Positions 58,696-64,000 of a DNA stretch of 64,000 bases are shown here, one piece after another. The DNA lies in the IMG/VR virus record IMGVR_UViG_3300024503_000015, positions 1 to 64,000 of that record. The stretch is one strand, 5' to 3'. Position 1 is the stretch's first letter; the number at the start of each line of letters is the position of its first letter. The notes under the pieces are model-generated. The model had not been told where the DNA came from and did no database searches. It saw only the letters and a program-made list of their open reading frames with translations. The translations under genes were made by a program, and so were the position numbers.

Positions 58696-60267
58696 ATGTC
58701 AAAAATCAATAGCATAGTTGTAGTCGGAGGTGGTAGCGCCGGTTGGATGACTGCCGCAACTCTTATAAAATTCTTTCCAGAAAAAACTATCTCTTTAATT
58801 GAAAGTGCAGATGTTCCTACTGTAGGGGTGGGCGAAAGCACATTAGGTCAAATTAATGAATGGCTACACATACTTGATATTAAAGAAGACGATTTTATGA
58901 AATACACAGATGCTGGTCTTAAGATGAGCATCAAATTCACAGACTGGGCAGGCAAAGGATCTGGTGGATTTCATTATCCTTTCGGAGACTCCTGGAATGT
59001 GGGAACAGTATTCGGTGTAAACGACTGGTTTATTAAAAAGGCCAAGTATCCTGGAACTCCAAATACAGATTTTGCAGAGTGTTTCTTTCCCGCTATGCAG
59101 TTAGTTAATCAAAATAAAATTATTAAAAATGAAAATGATGAGCTACCTGGTTGGCGCTACGACAGCGATGTGGCTTATCACTTTGATGCTACTAAGTTTG
59201 GTATGTGGCTACGTGAAGAATATTGTAAGCCCCGAGGAGTTCAGCATATTGTAGGCACTATCAAAGAAGATATCGAAACTGATAGCGCAGGTGTTAAGTG
59301 TGTTGAGCTAACTACAGGTGAAAAAATCACAGCAGATTTATACATCGACTGCACAGGTTGGAAAAGTCTACTACTAGGAAAAGCACTAGGTGTGCCATTC
59401 GAGAGTTATTCAGACATACTACCCAATAACAGCGCATGGGCAACTAGAATGCCTTATACAGACAAAGAAAGTCAGTTGGAACCTTACACTAACTGTACTG
59501 CTATTGAACACGGCTGGGTGTGGAATATTCCCTTATGGTCTAGAATTGGTACTGGTTATGTATTCAGTGATGCTTATGTATCCAACGAAGATGCGTTAGA
59601 AGAATTTAAACGTTACTTGAAGGAAAATAATCCTGCAGATTTAATCGACACATTAGAATTTAAATTAATTAAAATGCGTGTAGGTATTCACGAAGAACTC
59701 TTCCATAAAAATGTTTGTGCTATTGGACTAAGTGCAGGATTCATAGAACCATTAGAGTCTAATGGCTTGTTCACCGTACACGAATTTTTGCATAGATTAG
59801 TTAAAACTTTATCTCGCGATGATATAAGTTTAATTGATAAAGTTGGATTTAACGAAGCAAATCGAGGAGACTTCAGAGCGTTTGCAGAGTTTGTAAGTAT
59901 GCACTACTTATTAAGCCAACGCAGTGACACTCAATATTGGAGAGATGCTAGAGAGCGTAAATTTAATAATGGAAAAAGAATTCCAGGTGACTTTTTAGGG
60001 TATGGATTTGATAATGCCATCTTTAAAAGAGATGTTCAATCAATGTACGACTCAAGTACAGGTGGCGCACTTTTCATTGCCGCTGGATTAAATTATTTCC
60101 CTATTACAGAATCAGTTATCAAACGATCAGAATTTAAATTTAATAGACGGTTAGATTATGTTAATGATTCATTTGATATTTGGGAGTCAAATAAAACTTA
60201 TTGGAAAAAGATTGCAGATGCCGCTCCTACTTTATATCAGTTCTTAAAAGACAAGTATAATGTTTAA
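58696..60267 (+). CDS. flavin-dependent halogenase homologue 4
   Basis: GGGSAG, GVGEST, AGLK, WVWNIP, FIEPLESNG. Confidence 0.93.
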   Translation: MSKINSIVVVGGGSAGWMTAATLIKFFPEKTISLIESADVPTVGVGESTLGQINEWLHILDIKEDDFMKYTDAGLKMSIKFTDWAGKGSGGFHYPFGDSWNVGTVFGVNDWFIKKAKYPGTPNTDFAECFFPAMQLVNQNKIIKNENDELPGWRYDSDVAYHFDATKFGMWLREEYCKPRGVQHIVGTIKEDIETDSAGVKCVELTTGEKITADLYIDCTGWKSLLLGKALGVPFESYSDILPNNSAWATRMPYTDKESQLEPYTNCTAIEHGWVWNIPLWSRIGTGYVFSDAYVSNEDALEEFKRYLKENNPADLIDTLEFKLIKMRVGIHEELFHKNVCAIGLSAGFIEPLESNGLFTVHEFLHRLVKTLSRDDISLIDKVGFNEANRGDFRAFAEFVSMHYLLSQRSDTQYWRDARERKFNNGKRIPGDFLGYGFDNAIFKRDVQSMYDSSTGGALFIAAGLNYFPITESVIKRSEFKFNRRLDYVNDSFDIWESNKTYWKKIADAAPTLYQFLKDKYNV

Positions 60268-60994
60268 AAAGAAACAAGAACCGATTATTACATTTACTTG
60301 TAGAGAGTGGGCTATAAGGACTCACGCTCCTGTGTTGCCTGCTGGAAACTTTTTGCCTAAAGAATATGAAGAATTGCATCCTGGAAACATTTGTCCGTTT
60401 GATCATTTTAATTCTGCATCGTTGTTAAGTGTAAGATTATGTCCTGCGGTAAACAATTATTTGCAGGCAGGGTATGTTATTCCGGCATGGTGCGATATTG
60501 AAATAAAATTTCAAAACGACCAATATCATGTAAACTACAGTAATTTAAACTATCAACATAGAACACATCCTGAAGAACAGTTTGGTGAGATGTTTAATAG
60601 ATTTAAATTTAGAACAGATATTAAAATTGACAATCCGTGGAGTATCTATACAGCACCTGGGTATAGTTTAATGTGGATGCCTATGTGGTTTCATAATGCA
60701 AATTATCAAGCAGTACCTGCTATTGTAGATTCTGACAGAGTGCCAAATCATAATCCAATTAATATCATGTTGTTCGAACCCAAGGACACATTAATTAAAA
60801 TGGGCGATCCGTTAGTTCAAGTTATTCCATTTAAGAAGGAAACTATTACCGCCGTTAGCAGAGAATATAACGAATCTGATGCTAAAAGAAAAGACTCCTT
60901 GTTGGGACTAGGACAGTTAAGCAGATATGGCTGGAGACAATTTATAAAAAATAAAGTTAATTATCTATTAGATAGGAAAGATTTAGACTTATGA
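60260..60994 (+). CDS. hypothetical protein, possible dUTPase-like beta fold
   Basis: LCPAV..GYVIPAWCD, NPW..TAPGYS, IKMGDPLVQVIPF. Confidence 0.6.
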   Translation: MFKKKQEPIITFTCREWAIRTHAPVLPAGNFLPKEYEELHPGNICPFDHFNSASLLSVRLCPAVNNYLQAGYVIPAWCDIEIKFQNDQYHVNYSNLNYQHRTHPEEQFGEMFNRFKFRTDIKIDNPWSIYTAPGYSLMWMPMWFHNANYQAVPAIVDSDRVPNHNPINIMLFEPKDTLIKMGDPLVQVIPFKKETITAVSREYNESDAKRKDSLLGLGQLSRYGWRQFIKNKVNYLLDRKDLDL

Positions 60995-61629
60995 TTGGTA
61001 GTGCTAAGTCCAAAGAATTTTTTAAATTTCAAGATTCTTTAAAACCTCAGATATCATTCGATGATATTATAGTTATTGACGACGTGATTAATCACATGTA
61101 TCAAGATGATCTTGAAAAAACACTATTAAGCGAAATGAGTATTCCTTGGTTTTTATTGGACGACATTACATACTCTAATACTAGAAAAGTTAAAAAACAA
61201 AATCTTGGACTAGTGCATCCTATAGTGCCAACATTTAATGGCATGAGTCCTGTGTATAATTTATTATTACCGCTGTTATATGAAGCATTGACAAAAATTG
61301 ATTTTAAATTGTCGAATATAATTCAAGCCAGATCTTTTTTACAATTTCCCACAGAACAAACCAGCATTAATAATCCGCACGTTGATGACAACATACCGCA
61401 CATAGTTTGTCTTTATTATGTCAATGACAGCGATGGCGATACAATAATATATGATCAAACCACAGATATTGTGCCCAATGTTCCTGGCATTAATGAAGAA
61501 GTGTTTACTATCAAACAACGAGTAACTCCCAAAAAAGGACGAGTAGTATTGTTTAACGGAAAACATTATCATAGCAGTAGTACTCCTACACAAGGAAGAC
61601 GTTGTATTATAAATTTTGATGTGGAATAA
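60991..61629 (+). CDS. 2OG-Fe(II) oxygenase
   Basis: PHVD, LYYVNDSDGDT, PKKGRVVLFNG..HSSS..R. Confidence 0.87.
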   Translation: MIGSAKSKEFFKFQDSLKPQISFDDIIVIDDVINHMYQDDLEKTLLSEMSIPWFLLDDITYSNTRKVKKQNLGLVHPIVPTFNGMSPVYNLLLPLLYEALTKIDFKLSNIIQARSFLQFPTEQTSINNPHVDDNIPHIVCLYYVNDSDGDTIIYDQTTDIVPNVPGINEEVFTIKQRVTPKKGRVVLFNGKHYHSSSTPTQGRRCIINFDVE

Positions 61630-61630
61630 A

Positions 61631-62305
61631 ATGATAGATATAAATGAAATTTTAGTATTAGATGATGTTATCTGTCCGCAGTATCAGGATATGATAGAAA
61701 ATTGGTTATTATCTCCGTCTAGTACTTGGCAGTTTTCTCGAGATGTTGCATTAGCAGACAACGTGATTGACAAACTAGATTTAAAAACTAAACCTGGTTT
61801 TGCAAAATCGTTTTATAGTGTAAGAACTGGATCTACTAGTGATTTGTATCCTATGATTTTACCTATGGTGTTTGAATCTTTTCATAAGGCAAATCTGCCA
61901 TTTGATAATGTATTGTTTTCAAGAAGTTTTTTAACATTTCCTGTGCCTGGATGCGGTCCTAACGACTTTGATCATATTCATGTAGACACTCCTGAAGATC
62001 ATATGGTGTGTTTATATTATGCCAGCGACAGCGATGGCGGCGATACTGTATTTTTTGATAAAACAGTAAAGGATATTTTAGAAACGCAGGAAATAAAGGC
62101 CCAATTAGAGGGCAAAGATCTAACATTTTATGATCAAACTATTCTGGAATTGATCGATAGTCAAGTTGATAAGACTAATTTTAGTGTTATTAAAAGAGTA
62201 ACTCCAAAAAAGGGAAGGGTAGCAATATTCAACGGTGCAAGGTATCATAGTGCGGCTAGATGCAATAGCGGTCACCGTTTAGTTGTTAATACGTGTGTAA
62301 GATGA
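61631..62305 (+). CDS. 2OG-Fe(II) oxygenase (paralog of the preceding gene)
   Basis: HVD, LYYASDSDGGDT, PKKGRVAIFNG..HSA..R. Confidence 0.87.
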   Translation: MIDINEILVLDDVICPQYQDMIENWLLSPSSTWQFSRDVALADNVIDKLDLKTKPGFAKSFYSVRTGSTSDLYPMILPMVFESFHKANLPFDNVLFSRSFLTFPVPGCGPNDFDHIHVDTPEDHMVCLYYASDSDGGDTVFFDKTVKDILETQEIKAQLEGKDLTFYDQTILELIDSQVDKTNFSVIKRVTPKKGRVAIFNGARYHSAARCNSGHRLVVNTCVR

Positions 62306-62877
62306 TAATATCAGTTGGTGCTATTCCTGTAGGAATATTTGAATGGAAAGAATTTACCGATCACAAAGATGCGATTGTTGATCTATGCCTTAGAGAAGAA
62401 AAACCTAATGTCATAGAATCTAATATTGCACCTAAGGTTAAAACAAACTTATGGGAATCTAATTTTAGTTTCTTACAGCAACATTCAGAGTTAAAAGCTC
62501 TTGATACTTGGTTAAACAGTACTACTAGAGACTTTGTTAATGCTGTAAACAAATCGGATTATCATATAGCAATTACAGAAAGTTGGGCACACGTTACTCG
62601 TCCATTGGGTCAGCATGAACCACATAGACACCCAGACTCTACCTGGAGTGGTATATTTTATATAGATGCCGATGAGCCGCAGAGCGGAAATAATATATGG
62701 TTTAATATGTTTAAGTTGCCCGAACGTCCCGGGCTAGAATTTTTTGATGAAAATTTCTCTGCAGAATTTATTCCTGGACGCTTAATAATATTCCCAAGTA
62801 TAATGTTGCATTATGCAAAACCATACTTGGGAAAAGATAGAAGAATATTAATTGCGTTTAATAGTGTCTGTGTTTAA
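62302..62877 (+). CDS. 2OG-Fe(II) oxygenase (TIGR02466-like)
   Basis: ESW..HRH..WSGIFY..FPS..LH..R. Confidence 0.85.
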   Translation: MIISVGAIPVGIFEWKEFTDHKDAIVDLCLREEKPNVIESNIAPKVKTNLWESNFSFLQQHSELKALDTWLNSTTRDFVNAVNKSDYHIAITESWAHVTRPLGQHEPHRHPDSTWSGIFYIDADEPQSGNNIWFNMFKLPERPGLEFFDENFSAEFIPGRLIIFPSIMLHYAKPYLGKDRRILIAFNSVCV

Positions 62878-63515
62878 TTCACAGATACTGTAACAATGCT
62901 ACCTGTATTATCTACTTCAGATACTGTAACAGCACAATTATAATCATTACCTGACAATGTAATTACATCGTTGGCTTTGTATCCTGTGCCGCCAGTTGTA
63001 GCAATAACCTGATACACATCGCCTGCTTTTCTTACTTTAAACTTAGCACCAGATCCTTTGCCACCTGTTCCGCTAACTTCTGAAAATAACTGAACAAACT
63101 GTCCATCAGATGTATACCATTGTGTAGTTGTAGAAGCAATAGGGTTTGCTGGATCGTAGGCTACAGGCTTAGGAATTGATTCTTTTACGGCTAGTATAGA
63201 TTGGAACCAAGCACCGTCTGCTGAAATACCACCAGTATCTCTAATTTCTTTCCATAACATATCCATTTGATCGCCTGCTGGAGGGTATGCACGTTGACGT
63301 TGCATAGTAAATGGCTCTACAGGATTTCCAAATTCGTCTTTAGATGCCGCATGTGGGTCTTCAAATGTTAACTCTTCTGGATCATACAGGTAGTATGTGT
63401 CAGCATCATCGGGACAATCTACCCAATACAATGCTGAGTGTACTTCAAATTCTTCTCCGATGTTAACAATCTGAATTACTCTAGAGTTGTTGCTATCAAT
63501 TAGTGCTCGTTTCAT
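62874..63515 (-). CDS. tail fibre assembly-associated protein
   Basis: WVDCPD, RQRAYP..DQMDMLW..VKESIPKP; C-terminal GGTGYKANDVITLSG module. Confidence 0.65.
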   Translation of the reverse strand: MKRALIDSNNSRVIQIVNIGEEFEVHSALYWVDCPDDADTYYLYDPEELTFEDPHAASKDEFGNPVEPFTMQRQRAYPPAGDQMDMLWKEIRDTGGISADGAWFQSILAVKESIPKPVAYDPANPIASTTTQWYTSDGQFVQLFSEVSGTGGKGSGAKFKVRKAGDVYQVIATTGGTGYKANDVITLSGNDYNCAVTVSEVDNTGSIVTVSVN

Positions 63516-63523
63516 AATAATCC

Positions 63524-64000
63524 TTATCTATATTCATAAACTATACAAATTCCAGACTGGCCGCTTCTGCCACCTTGTCCGTTATGGTTCGGTGCAATGG
63601 CTACTCCGCCTGTACCTGGTGCTGCCGTACTACTTGAAGTACTCCAGTCAGGTCTATCGCCTTGCAAACAACCACCAAAATATGTTCCGCCACCAATTCC
63701 GCCCGAAGCGTTTGATGTGGAATATTGGTCCATATTATTATGACTGCCTCCCATACCTCCATAGGTATTTATACTACCGCCATAACCTATTCCACCATGT
63801 CCACCGCTGTGCTGTGTATTTCTATTTGCGCCGTAACCGCCGCCTGCTGATAGATAAGCACCAAAACTAGTTGTACCACCATCAGGACTAAATCCAAAAT
63901 ATGCTCCGCCGGACCCGCCACCGCCGATAGTAACTGTTACTGTTGTTATACTCGTAGCGGTAATAATACCTTCGCTAAAGCCACCTCCACCTCCACACTC
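63524..64000 (-). CDS. Gly-rich tail fibre/adhesin C-terminus (5' end outside window)
   Basis: Frame is open from the window edge: GGGGGFSE..VTVTIGGGG..TTSFGAYLSAGGG..GQSGICIVYEYR. Confidence 0.8.
   Translation of the reverse strand, partial: ECGGGGGFSEGIITATSITTVTVTIGGGGSGGAYFGFSPDGGTTSFGAYLSAGGGYGANRNTQHSGGHGGIGYGGSINTYGGMGGSHNNMDQYSTSNASGGIGGGTYFGGCLQGDRPDWSTSSSTAAPGTGGVAIAPNHNGQGGRSGQSGICIVYEYR

Noticed and set aside
47584-62877. TET/JBP-type DNA-modifying dioxygenases or a classical natural-product cluster
   Set aside because: Motifs resemble P4H/TIGR02466-type oxygenases, and no DNA methyltransferase, NRPS/PKS or clear precursor peptide is visible. This is not formally excluded.
963-63870. 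Numerous antisense or alternate-frame ORFs in the track (e.g. 963..1289, 2441..2833, 20434..20826, 22207..22662, 45903..46406, 63487..63870)
   Set aside because: They lie within well-supported genes, lack RBS, promoter or motifs, and look like shadow ORFs.
1-64000. Stop-codon reassignment, inteins in terminase/helicases, tRNA genes
   Set aside because: Core genes are full length and contiguous in the standard code with normal sizes, and no cloverleaf was recognised in the short intergenic gaps.

Overview
This window is a 64-kb segment of a large T4-like (myovirus) bacteriophage genome, densely coding in the standard genetic code. From left to right it contains: (1) small + strand genes and a class-I glutamine-amidotransferase-like (BPL_N) gene; (2) a replication/recombination block with gp41 helicase, an N-domain-only carbamoyltransferase, gp61 primase, a 192-aa minimal DnaE-like polymerase, a clamp-loader-like subunit, UvsW, UvsY, UvsX and gp32; (3) a 7-gene glycosyltransferase/methyltransferase island inside that block; (4) packaging and virion genes (terminase subunits, gp4, tube, sheath, neck gp13/14/15, a 1901-aa tail fibre, probable internal head proteins) interrupted by dNMP kinase, HNH and a QueC-like gene pair; (5) a ~15-kb tailoring island with 11 2OG-Fe(II)/cupin oxygenases, 4 tandem flavin-dependent halogenase homologues, an SGNH-like protein and two dUTPase-fold-like proteins, next to Gly-rich tail fibre genes. 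T4-type late promoter boxes (TAAATA/ATAAATA) recur, often only 4-8 nt before an ATG, which suggests leaderless late mRNAs. No tRNA, rRNA, CRISPR array, canonical intein or reverse transcriptase was recognised. All product calls come from motif recognition by eye, not database searches.
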